Below, piece by piece: positions 18,095 through 26,347 of a DNA stretch of 35,325 nt; within the stretch, counting starts at the first letter, position 1, and each line of letters starts with the position of its first letter. The notes beneath the pieces were generated by a model, which saw nothing but the letters and a program-made list of their open reading frames with translations, did not search any database and was not told the DNA's origin. Origin of the DNA: a virus (lineage: Duplodnaviria > Heunggongvirae > Uroviricota > Caudoviricetes); the IMG/VR virus record IMGVR_UViG_2671180296_000012. One strand, written 5' to 3'. The translations under genes and the position numbers were made by a program.

Positions 18095-18498
18095 AGCTCT
18101 GGCCCACGCTTGGCGTCGCTTTCCTTCTGATTGCCGGATGGGGAACATCCATGCGTCTGTCGTGGTCGCTGGGCCGGGAGAACGCCAGAAACGAAGCGCA
18201 GGCCAGCACCCTGAAAAGTACCGCCGACACCCTGAATATCATCAGCGCCGGGGTACAGGATATGCAGCAGGTGCTGGCGCAACTCCGCGTGGAAAATCAG
18301 CAACGCAATCAGGACGGAGAGGTAAGACGTGAACAGCTACGCAACGATATTGCAAAAGATGAATGCGCCCACGCTTTGCCTGACGCTCGTTTTACTGACA
18401 GGCTGCGCAGGCACGCAGAACGCGCCACTGCCAGCGCCGTCAGTCCGGCTTATACCGCAGACGCTGACCATACCGGTAACGCCTCCCCCCTTCCCTGA
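18091..18498 (+). CDS. i-spanin (Rz/LysB-like)
   Basis: ATG at 18091 overlapping the endolysin stop; N-terminal TM segment (LWPTLGVAFLLIAGWG) followed by a charged coiled-coil-like region. Confidence 0.6.
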   Translation: MKLWPTLGVAFLLIAGWGTSMRLSWSLGRENARNEAQASTLKSTADTLNIISAGVQDMQQVLAQLRVENQQRNQDGEVRREQLRNDIAKDECAHALPDARFTDRLRRHAERATASAVSPAYTADADHTGNASPLP

Positions 18499-18649
18499 TA
18501 CTCCCACATGGGGAAATCTCGGTATATGGGGCGACCGCCTTCTGGATGCACTGGAAACCTGTAACGCGGATAAACGGGCCATTGAATTACAGGAACAGCG
18601 CAGGCTGCAACGACTGAACAACGAGGATAACAACCATGCTGAAAACTGA
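18359..18649 (+). CDS. o-spanin lipoprotein (Rz1/LysC-like), overlapping the i-spanin in another frame
   Basis: Lipobox LLTGC after a short signal sequence (MNAPTLCLTLVLLTGCAG), proline-rich; starts inside and extends beyond the i-spanin. Confidence 0.6.
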   Translation: MNAPTLCLTLVLLTGCAGTQNAPLPAPSVRLIPQTLTIPVTPPPFPDTPTWGNLGIWGDRLLDALETCNADKRAIELQEQRRLQRLNNEDNNHAEN

Positions 18650-19103
18650 TTCCCTGCGTGAAGCCATGACCCGTTCATGCCGATGGTGTCAGGCCAACCC
18701 GGAAAAATTCACCATTTTCGTGGAGAGCGGCAACATTGAAACGACAGGAGAAACCCCATCGTTTGTTTACCGCTATCAGATGGTGATGTTTGTCATGGAT
18801 TACGCCGGGGAGCTGGACGACCTCACGCTGCCGCTGCTGGCGTGGTTATCCGAAAATCAGCCACAGTTGTTGCTCAACCCTGAGCGTAATCAGGACATCA
18901 AATTCTCCGCCGTTATCAATGACGATGACAGCGCCGATCTCCTGTTTACGCTCCCCCTGCGGGAACGCGTTCGCATCACGCGCAGCAGTCAGGGCACACC
19001 GCAGGCAGAACACCTGCCGGAGCCAAAACCCCGCCTGCCATCTTCCGAAGGCGACTGGTCGCATGTATTCCAGGATGTGACGTGGGGTGAAAGCGATGGA
19101 TAA
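18636..19103 (+). CDS. R: tail completion protein gpR
   Basis: 155 aa; MLKTDSLREAMTR..., PLLAWLSENQPQLL resembles P2 gpR. Confidence 0.85.
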   Translation: MLKTDSLREAMTRSCRWCQANPEKFTIFVESGNIETTGETPSFVYRYQMVMFVMDYAGELDDLTLPLLAWLSENQPQLLLNPERNQDIKFSAVINDDDSADLLFTLPLRERVRITRSSQGTPQAEHLPEPKPRLPSSEGDWSHVFQDVTWGESDG

Positions 19104-19731
19104 GGCATTCACCCGCGTGGATGAAACCTTTGAGGCCATCCGCGACAGCCTGAATCAGCAGGCCATCAATAACATCGCCAGAAAGCTGGCACAGGATTTA
19201 CGCCGCGCCCAGCAGGCGCGTATCCGGTCACAGAAAGCGCCGGACGGGACTGCATGGACACCACGCAGACGCCGCGTAACCCGGATACAGGAGCGCATTC
19301 GCTTTATCTGGAATAACGAAGCACGCACGCTGAAAAACTGGCATCACGACACGGGGAAATACGGGCGAACCATTACCGGGTGGGATGAGGATAAAAACAA
19401 TATCCGCACGTTTTACCGGGATGACATCGACCGTTTTCTGGAAATACGCACCCGGCGCATCAACCAGGACAGCACCAGGCGCGTCCCCATGTTCGTAAAA
19501 CTGCGCACCGCCCGCTACCTGAAAGCCCGTGCAGATGCTTCCGGTGTGACGGTGGGTTACAGCGGCGTGGCCGCACGTATTGCACGCGTTCATCAGTTCG
19601 GTGAGCGTGATCAGGTTGCGCCGGGCATTTTCACCGATTACCCGGTACGTGAGCTGCTGGGTATCAGCCAGGCAGATGAGCGCCTGATTTATAACACGGT
19701 GCTGGGCCGGATTGCGGAGGCTGTACGGTGA
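19096..19731 (+). CDS. S: tail completion / virion morphogenesis protein (gpS position)
   Basis: ATG at 19096 with GGGGTG upstream (track ORF starts at GTG 19087); about 211 aa between R and V. Confidence 0.7.
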   Translation: MDKAFTRVDETFEAIRDSLNQQAINNIARKLAQDLRRAQQARIRSQKAPDGTAWTPRRRRVTRIQERIRFIWNNEARTLKNWHHDTGKYGRTITGWDEDKNNIRTFYRDDIDRFLEIRTRRINQDSTRRVPMFVKLRTARYLKARADASGVTVGYSGVAARIARVHQFGERDQVAPGIFTDYPVRELLGISQADERLIYNTVLGRIAEAVR

Positions 19732-19808
19732 GCGCAGAACTCATGCGACTGCTGAGCAATATCATCCGCACCGGGATCATCTCTGAAGTTGATGAGAAGT
19801 CCTAGCGC

Positions 19809-20309
19809 GTGCGCGTTCGCAGCGGCGAACTGGAAACAGGCTGGCTGCGCTGGAACACCACGCGCGCGGGAGCCTTCAATGTGTGGCTGCCGCCATCACC
19901 AGGCGAACAGGTGGTAATTGCCTGCATTGGCGGCAACCCGGAAACCGCCATGATAATTGGCAGCCTGTGGAGTGATGCCAATCCGGCCCCCGGCAAAAGC
20001 CTGAAAGAAATCGTGGTCAGCGCGCCGGATGGCGCGGTGTTCCGCTACGACGCGGACGCAGGCGCACTGAGCGCCAGCGGCATGAAAACAGCCAGCCTGC
20101 AGGCATCCGTCAGCGTGACACTGAACACGCCCGTCGTGGAATGCACAGACCTTCTGAGAACGGCGACGCTTGACGTCACAAAAGGGGGAAAGATGAGCGG
20201 CAATATCACGCACAGCGGCGGCAATTTCACCTCAAACGGCATCACAGTGCATACGCATAAACACGGTGGCGTTAAAGGTGGCAGCGATTCGACAGGAGGC
20301 CCGCAGTGA
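19809..20309 (+). CDS. V: baseplate spike/assembly protein gpV; intact ORF as drawn, but conserved N-terminal coding sequence continues upstream to GTG 19728 across an in-frame TAG at 19803-19805
   Basis: 166-aa ORF resembling P2 gpV (WLRW, PSPGEQVVI, HTHKHGGV). The 25 codons upstream in the same frame (VSAELMRLLSNIIRTGIISEVDEKS) resemble the gpV N-terminus and start at a GTGA overlap with gene S. Confidence 0.7.
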   Translation: MRVRSGELETGWLRWNTTRAGAFNVWLPPSPGEQVVIACIGGNPETAMIIGSLWSDANPAPGKSLKEIVVSAPDGAVFRYDADAGALSASGMKTASLQASVSVTLNTPVVECTDLLRTATLDVTKGGKMSGNITHSGGNFTSNGITVHTHKHGGVKGGSDSTGGPQ

Positions 20310-20656
20310 CAACCCGCTACACAGGAATGAACCCGGACGGAACGGGAAACCTGAACGATATGGAGCACCTGAAACAGTCAGTCAGGGACATCCTGACCAC
20401 CCCGCTGGCAAGCCGGGTTATGCGACGGGAATATGGCAGCCTTGTGCCTGATTTGATTGACGAACCCATGAATAACACCACGCGTCTGCAATGCATGAGT
20501 GCTGCCGTGATTGCGCTGACACGATGGGAACCCCGCATTGCCCTGGACGCCATCGACGTTGTCTGGAAGGCAGGAGGCCGCGCCGGGGTGACGCTGTCGG
20601 GCACTGTCATGCAGACCATGCAGAATGTTGAATTAACCATCACGCTGAGAGAGTAA
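20306..20656 (+). CDS. W: baseplate assembly protein gpW
   Basis: 116 aa; GTG start overlapping the V stop; MTTRYTGMN...RVMRREYGSL resembles P2 gpW. Confidence 0.85.
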   Translation: MTTRYTGMNPDGTGNLNDMEHLKQSVRDILTTPLASRVMRREYGSLVPDLIDEPMNNTTRLQCMSAAVIALTRWEPRIALDAIDVVWKAGGRAGVTLSGTVMQTMQNVELTITLRE

Positions 20657-20659
20657 ATC

Positions 20660-21556
20660 ATGCCTGCTGTTGACCTTTCCCAGTTACCGGACCCCGCCAT
20701 CATCGCGGAGCCTGATTTTGAGGCAATTCTGGCTGACACAAAGGCCATGATGATTGCGTCCTATCCTGCCGAACAGCGTGAAGCCGTCTCCGCCGCGCTG
20801 GAGCTGGAATCGGAACCCCTGAACGTTATCGCTCAAACCATGTCTTTTCGTGAAATGCTGTTACGCCAGCGGGTTAACGAGGGCGCACGCGCCTGCATGT
20901 TAAGCCACGGTTCAGGGACAAACCTGGACAACCTCGCGAGCAATATGAACACAAAGCGCCTGGTTATCACTCCGGCAACGGATACCACCGACGCGGTGAT
21001 GGAGAGCGACACCTCGCTGAGACTGCGGGCGCAGCGGGCGTACGACGGCCTGAGTGTTGCTGGCCCGTCAGGTGCATACGAGTATTTTGCCCGCAGCGCC
21101 AGCGGTCTGGTGCGTGATGCGCGGGCTATCAGTCCGTCTCCGGCAAATGTGACGGTTTCCATTCTGTCCACTGAAGGCGACGGCACAGCAACGGAGGCGT
21201 TGCTTAATACCGTTCGCTCCGTTCTGAATGCAGAGGACACCCGCCCGGTGGCCGACCGCCTGACCGTACAGAGCGCCAGAATCGTGACATGGCGGCTGAA
21301 TGCAAAACTGTACTTTTACCCCGGTCCGGAATCCGAACCTATTCTGGCGGCGGCTGAATCGTCGTTCAGGAAGTGGCTGGCTGAGCAGGGGCTTATCGGT
21401 CAGGACGTGGCGTTGTCCGCCATTGCTGCCGCACTGCATGTGCACGGTGTGCAACGCGTGGAAATAATCGAACCCACACAGAATATGGCCATCAGCGACA
21501 TACAGGCGGCGCGCTGTGAGTCATTCACCATCAGCGAAGGTGGACGCAATGAGTAA
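20660..21556 (+). CDS. J: baseplate assembly protein gpJ
   Basis: 298 aa in the conserved W-J-I order. Confidence 0.85.
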   Translation: MPAVDLSQLPDPAIIAEPDFEAILADTKAMMIASYPAEQREAVSAALELESEPLNVIAQTMSFREMLLRQRVNEGARACMLSHGSGTNLDNLASNMNTKRLVITPATDTTDAVMESDTSLRLRAQRAYDGLSVAGPSGAYEYFARSASGLVRDARAISPSPANVTVSILSTEGDGTATEALLNTVRSVLNAEDTRPVADRLTVQSARIVTWRLNAKLYFYPGPESEPILAAAESSFRKWLAEQGLIGQDVALSAIAAALHVHGVQRVEIIEPTQNMAISDIQAARCESFTISEGGRNE

Positions 21557-22157
21557 TTCACTGTTACCACCATCAGCCAGCAATTTCATGCGTTGTGCCG
21601 AAGCCGTCGGAACACGCATTACAGACATTCCGGTAGACCTCAACACGCTGTGGTCGCCGGACACCTGCCCGGCGCATCTGCTGCCTTATCTCGCCTGGGC
21701 GTTTTCCGTTGACCGCTGGGATCGCAACTGGCCGGAAGAGACAAAGCGACAGGTGATTCGTGATGCCTGGCTGATACACCGACACAAAGGGACCATCAGC
21801 GCACTGCGAAGAGCCGTGGAGCCTCTCGGCTACCTGATTGAAGTAAAGGAGTGGTGGCAACTCAACGAGGAGCCGGGAACATTTCGCATTGTTGTCGGAG
21901 TACTTGATCAGGGCATCACCGATGAAATGTATCAGGAACTTGAGCGCCTTATTGCGGATGCAAAACCAGTAAGTCGCCATCTGACGGGGCTGGCGATCAG
22001 CCTGAGTGTGAACGGAAAGATTTTCGTTGGTACGGGATGCTATCACGGCGATGCCCTGACGGTTTATCCCTACACCCCGGAGTCCATTATTGTCGAAGGG
22101 GATTATTTCTCTGCCCCGGCCATTCATTTAATTGATAATCTGAGAGTAAACGCATGA
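21549..22157 (+). CDS. I: baseplate/tail protein gpI
   Basis: ATG at 21549 overlapping the J stop; MSNSLLPPSAS..., LWSPDTCPAHLLPYLAWAFSVDRWD, LIADAKPVSRHL closely resemble P2 gpI. Confidence 0.85.
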   Translation: MSNSLLPPSASNFMRCAEAVGTRITDIPVDLNTLWSPDTCPAHLLPYLAWAFSVDRWDRNWPEETKRQVIRDAWLIHRHKGTISALRRAVEPLGYLIEVKEWWQLNEEPGTFRIVVGVLDQGITDEMYQELERLIADAKPVSRHLTGLAISLSVNGKIFVGTGCYHGDALTVYPYTPESIIVEGDYFSAPAIHLIDNLRVNA

Positions 22158-23767
22158 CAGTGAAATACTACGCCATTCTGACTAATCAGGGCGCGGCACG
22201 ACTGGCTAACGCGACGATGCTCGGCAGTAAGCTGAATCTGACGCAAATGGCCGTTGGTGATGCAAATGGTGTGTTACCAACACCAGACCCTGCACAAACA
22301 AAACTGATTAACCAGAAACGCATTGCACCGCTGAATCTTCTGAGTGTTGACCCTAACAATCAGAGCCAGATTATTGCGGAGCAAATCATCCCTGAAAACG
22401 AGGGAGGATTCTGGATCCGTGAGATTGGTCTTTATGATGATGAAGGTGTACTCATTGCGGTGGCAAACTGCCCGGAAACGTACAAACCGCAGTTGCAGGA
22501 AGGCAGTGGACGCACCCAGACTATCCGCATGATTCTGGTTGTCACGAACACCGAAGCCATCACGCTGAAAATCGACCCGTCTGTGGTTCTGGCAACCCGC
22601 AAATATGTGGATGATAAAATCTCAGAGCACGAACAGTCACGACGTCACCCGGACGCCTCGCTGACCGTAAAAGGTTTTACTCAGTTAAGCAGTGCAATTA
22701 ACAGTGAATCAGAAACACTGGCCGCAACACCGAAAGCGGTTAAGGCTGCATATGACCTGGCTAACGGGAAATATACCGCCCAGAACGCCACCACTACACA
22801 AAAAGGAATTGTTCAGCTCAGTAGCGCCACGAACAGCACGTCTGAAACGCTGGCAGCGACACCAAAATCTGTTAAGGCGGTAATGGATGAAACGAACAAG
22901 AAAGCACCATTAAACAGCCCGGCACTGACCGGAACGCCAACAACACCAACAGCGCCACAGGGGACTAATGATACCCAGATCGCAAGCACAGCTTTCGTTA
23001 TGGCCGCGATTACCGCACTTGTAGATTCGTCACCTGATGCACTGAACACGCTGAACGAACTGGCTGCGGCGCTGGGCAATGACCCGAATTTTGCGACCAC
23101 CATGACTAACGCGCTTGCGGGTAAGCAACCGAAGGATGCCACCCTGACGGCGCTGGCGGAGCTTGCTACATCAGCAGATAAACTCCCATATTTTACAGGG
23201 GCAGATCGTGCCGCGTTAACCGCGTTGACGAGTGTTGGACGTGCCATTCTTGGTAAAACCAGCACTCAGGGAGTTCTTGATTACCTTGGTTTGGGAGAAG
23301 GCTCTGCATTACCTGTTGGTGTCCCTGTTCCGTGGCCTTCAGCCACTCCGCCAACAGGCTGGCTGAAATGCAACGGAGCAGCTTTTTCTGCTGAAGAATA
23401 CCCGGAACTGGCAAAGGCTTACCCGACAAATAAATTGCCAGATTTACGTGGTGAGTTTATTCGTGGCTGGGATGACGGGCGTGGTATTGATGCTGGACGT
23501 GCTTTATTGAGCCTTCAGGCTGGGATGCTGGAAAAACACCGCCATATTGTTGTTGCCAATGATGGTTACGACACAAAAGATGAATGGGAACTGGCTACGA
23601 TTTTCAAAAAAACATACACACAAGGACGGGGACTTGATGCCACAAATACAGGAGGGAGTCTGATCCCATCACCGACACTTCATTCACGAGGGAGTATCGG
23701 TAATACTGGCGGGAGTGAGACCCGTCCACGAAATATTGCATTTAACTTTATCGTGAGGGCTGCATAA
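22154..23767 (+). CDS. H: tail fibre protein gpH (conserved N-terminal part plus currently expressed variable C-terminus)
   Basis: 537 aa; conserved N-terminus; C-terminal motif PVPWPSATPPTGWLKCNGAAF typical of tail-fibre receptor-binding tips; contains the left crossover site. Confidence 0.9.
   Translation: MTVKYYAILTNQGAARLANATMLGSKLNLTQMAVGDANGVLPTPDPAQTKLINQKRIAPLNLLSVDPNNQSQIIAEQIIPENEGGFWIREIGLYDDEGVLIAVANCPETYKPQLQEGSGRTQTIRMILVVTNTEAITLKIDPSVVLATRKYVDDKISEHEQSRRHPDASLTVKGFTQLSSAINSESETLAATPKAVKAAYDLANGKYTAQNATTTQKGIVQLSSATNSTSETLAATPKSVKAVMDETNKKAPLNSPALTGTPTTPTAPQGTNDTQIASTAFVMAAITALVDSSPDALNTLNELAAALGNDPNFATTMTNALAGKQPKDATLTALAELATSADKLPYFTGADRAALTALTSVGRAILGKTSTQGVLDYLGLGEGSALPVGVPVPWPSATPPTGWLKCNGAAFSAEEYPELAKAYPTNKLPDLRGEFIRGWDDGRGIDAGRALLSLQAGMLEKHRHIVVANDGYDTKDEWELATIFKKTYTQGRGLDATNTGGSLIPSPTLHSRGSIGNTGGSETRPRNIAFNFIVRAA
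22670..22905 (+). repeat. tandem protein-level repeats inside gpH (two copies of about 35 aa)
   Basis: KGFTQLSSAINSESETLAATPKAVKAAYDLANGKY and KGIVQLSSATNSTSETLAATPKSVKAVMDETNKK, read from the translation. Confidence 0.6.
23274..23299. promoter_or_regulatory. left crossover site for DNA invertase (hix/gix-like, TTCTTGATTACC-TT-GGTTTGGGAGAA) inside gpH
   Basis: 26-bp site with a 2-bp core; partner site in inverted orientation at 25140-25165 with complementary core (AA). Confidence 0.6.
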
Positions 23768-24375
23768 TGGATAACGCAGTATTAAATAGCGAGTTTATTG
23801 CCACGAAGGCGGGGAATATTACCGTCTATAACTACGATGGTGAAACTCGGGAATATATTTCTGCATCAACTGAATATCTTGCAGTGGGTGTCGGTATTCC
23901 AGCATATTCCTGTTTAGACGCTCCTGGTACATATAAGGCTGGTTATACAATTTGCCGTTCTGTAGATTTAAATTCATGGGAATATGTGCCAGACCATCGC
24001 GGTGAAATCGTCTATAACACCGAAACGGGAGATGCCAAAGAAATCACAGCACCGGGTGATTACCCCGAAAATACAACCACTATCGCCCCATTAACGCCAT
24101 ACGATAAATGGGATGGTGAGAAATGGGTGACCGATACTGAGGCACAGCATAGCGCCGCAGTAGACGCGGCAGAAGCACAGCGTCAGTCACTGATTGATAC
24201 TGCAATGGCTTCCATTAGTCTGATTCAGCTGAAATTACAGGCCGGACGGAATCTGACGCAGTCAGAAACCAGCCGACTTAACACGGTGTTGGATTACATT
24301 GACGCGGTGACGGCAACAGATACCAGCACCGCGCCGGATGTTATCTGGCCTGAACTGCCGGAGACTGCACAATAA
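23767..24375 (+). CDS. G: tail fibre assembly chaperone gpG (for the currently expressed fibre tip)
   Basis: 202-aa ORF immediately after gpH with ATGA overlap. Confidence 0.8.
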   Translation: MDNAVLNSEFIATKAGNITVYNYDGETREYISASTEYLAVGVGIPAYSCLDAPGTYKAGYTICRSVDLNSWEYVPDHRGEIVYNTETGDAKEITAPGDYPENTTTIAPLTPYDKWDGEKWVTDTEAQHSAAVDAAEAQRQSLIDTAMASISLIQLKLQAGRNLTQSETSRLNTVLDYIDAVTATDTSTAPDVIWPELPETAQ

Positions 24376-24544
24376 ACTCACCATCAATATATAAATCCCC
24401 CTGCTGTGTGTCAGCAGGGCATTCTTTCCATATTAATGATGGATGGAATCTTCCTTCAGGATTAATTTCCGTTATCTCTTCTACTTTATTTTCTTCAATT
24501 CTTGCCCACATATGAACCTCACCAGTAAATATAAACTGCGCCAT
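24341..24544 (-). CDS. putative alternative tail fibre assembly chaperone (start uncertain; track ORF extends to 24769)
   Basis: Minus-strand ORF inside the invertible segment; ATG at 24544 (MAQFIF...) overlaps the stop of the alternative fibre cassette; upstream in-frame starts would overlap that cassette by 170-250 nt. Confidence 0.35.
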   Translation of the reverse strand: MAQFIFTGEVHMWARIEENKVEEITEINPEGRFHPSLIWKECPADTQQGDLYIDGEFIVQSPAVQAR

Positions 24545-25152
24545 CTGCTCCGGCACCCGACTGACCCGTTGATGAATTAGGACATAATCCAGCACCGCCA
24601 CCTCCAGGCCCAACTGCTGATACCGCTTTTCCGTTAGCTGTATCTCTGAATGAACCTGCTCCTCCGGGGCCACCACCAGAACCACCATTACCAGCTCCCG
24701 ATGCGGCAGAAGCAATGGAACCTGGAGAACCTGGCCCAAGCGATGTATTAATTGTTCCCCCGACACCAACTGCGCCTAACCCTCCGGAAGGCTGGCCTCC
24801 GCTATAGCCTCCGGAAGCTGACATGTAAGTCCCGAAACTGCTCGAGCCACCATTTTTACCGTTTACAGAAATACCAGACACAGGCGCACCACCGGCACCA
24901 ACCGTAATCGAAACACTGTTTATACCAGTTAAATCTACCAGCCCCTCAGCAACTCCGCCCCCACCACCTCCTCCGCCACATGTAACGGCTGAAGCGGTTG
25001 TTGAACCTATCCCTCCTGACGCACCGCCACCAATAACTTTGACGTAACATTTTCTTCCATTGCGCAACTCTTCAGGAACAGTCCAGCTTGTTACTCCAGC
25101 CGTTGTGAAGGCAACCAGATTTCTGAACCCAAATGAACCTTCTCTCAAACCA
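24519..25152 (-). CDS. silent alternative tail-fibre C-terminal cassette (glycine-rich), no start codon of its own
   Basis: Minus-strand ORF reading into the right crossover site. Manual inversion between the two sites joins it in frame to gpH, giving ...DYLGLREGSFGFRNLVAFTTAGVTSWTVPEE..., which matches the translated minus-strand ORF. Confidence 0.65.
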
Positions 25153-25165
25153 ACGTTTAAGAAAA
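25140..25165. promoter_or_regulatory. right crossover site for DNA invertase (TTCTCTCAAACC-AA-CGTTTAAGAAAA)
   Basis: Resembles hix/gix/cix sites as recalled; inverted relative to the site at 23274-23299; lies just upstream of the invertase gene. Confidence 0.6.
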
Positions 25166-25220
25166 TGCAGAGATTACGGCTAACTGGCATCATCCCCGGT
25201 TTTTATTCAGGGGATCCATC

Positions 25221-25820
25221 ATGCTTATTGGCTATGTCCGCGTATCAACAAATGACCAGAATACAGAATTGCAGCGTAACGCGCTGGAGTGCGCAGGATG
25301 TGAACTGATTTTTGAAGATAAAATCAGCGGAACGAAATCAGCCAGACCGGGATTGAAAAAACTGCTCAGAACGCTATCAGAAGGAGATACGCTGGTTGTC
25401 TGGAAGCTGGACAGACTGGGCAGAAGTATGAAACACCTGATCACGCTTATTGAGGAATTGCGGGAAAAAGGTGTTAATTTCCGTAGTCTGACGGACAGCA
25501 TTGACACATCAACACCCATGGGGCGTTTCTTTTTTCACGTCATGGGAGCTTTAGCCGAAATGGAACGTGAATTAATTGTAGAGCGTACACTGGCCGGGCT
25601 GGCAGCAGCACGCGCACAAGGACGCATTGGCGGACGTCGCCCGAAGTTGACAAAAGAACAACACGAGCAAATAGCGAGGCTGATTAAAAACGGTCATGAC
25701 AGGAAACAACTGGCGATCATTTACGACATCGGCATATCGACGATTTATCGTTATCACCCTGTAGGCGATATACAGGCTGAAGAAACAACCAGGCAGATTC
25801 AGGAAAATGAAAACCGCTAA
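25221..25820 (+). CDS. serine DNA invertase (Hin/Gin/Cin/Pin family)
   Basis: 199 aa; N-terminal catalytic region GYVRVSTNDQ with conserved serine, and a C-terminal HTH (GISTIYRY). Confidence 0.9.
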   Translation: MLIGYVRVSTNDQNTELQRNALECAGCELIFEDKISGTKSARPGLKKLLRTLSEGDTLVVWKLDRLGRSMKHLITLIEELREKGVNFRSLTDSIDTSTPMGRFFFHVMGALAEMERELIVERTLAGLAAARAQGRIGGRRPKLTKEQHEQIARLIKNGHDRKQLAIIYDIGISTIYRYHPVGDIQAEETTRQIQENENR

Positions 25821-25839
25821 TCTGACCATTAGCGGTTTT
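25810..25839. terminator. hairpin AAAACCGCTAAT-ctgacc-ATTAGCGGTTTT between convergent invertase and gpU genes
   Basis: Perfect 12-bp inverted repeat overlapping the invertase stop codon. Confidence 0.5.
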
Positions 25840-25846
25840 GCGTTAA

Positions 25847-26341
25847 TCAAAACAGCCCTTTAACGGAGCTGGCCGCGCTGTTAAGGGATGATGTGACCTT
25901 ATCTTTGAAGCCGGACAGCATATCACTGAACGATGAGGATTGCAGGCGCTCCCGCAAATCCTCATCACAGCGTTCAAGAGTCAGTGAAAATTCTATCTTT
26001 TTCGCCTTACCGTAGCGATCAAACTCGGAGCGGGTCGTATTCGTTTCAGTCAGTACATACATGCCGTAAATCTGCCCGACACCATCAATCAGAGGCCAGG
26101 GGCGTCCTGTATATGCCTGCGTGGTCAGCAACGAAAGCGACACTTCGCCACCTGTAATTTCAGGATAAAGCACACCAGAAAGAACGATGCGATCATCGCC
26201 TGCCCCGATATACTGCCAGCTTGCTGAACGGTTAACGCGTTCATTTTTCACATGCCGCCAGCTTTTATTTTGCTGTAACTGCTGATGCGGCAATGTGCGC
26301 AGCTCAAAAACAAACATGCCGTAGATCATCATCATGGCCAT
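25847..26341 (-). CDS. U: tail protein gpU
   Basis: 164 aa; GRPWPLIDGVGQIYGMYVL, KIEFSLTL resemble P2 gpU. Confidence 0.85.
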   Translation of the reverse strand: MAMMMIYGMFVFELRTLPHQQLQQNKSWRHVKNERVNRSASWQYIGAGDDRIVLSGVLYPEITGGEVSLSLLTTQAYTGRPWPLIDGVGQIYGMYVLTETNTTRSEFDRYGKAKKIEFSLTLERCDEDLRERLQSSSFSDMLSGFKDKVTSSLNSAASSVKGLF

Positions 26342-26347
26342 GACTCC

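Noticed and set aside
24341-24769. Full 142-aa minus-strand ORF as the alternative tail fibre assembly gene
   Set aside because: Its first 75 codons overlap the glycine-rich alternative fibre cassette in a different frame; the cassette frame is validated by the in-frame inversion junction, so the chaperone more likely starts at an internal ATG (24544), though this is uncertain.
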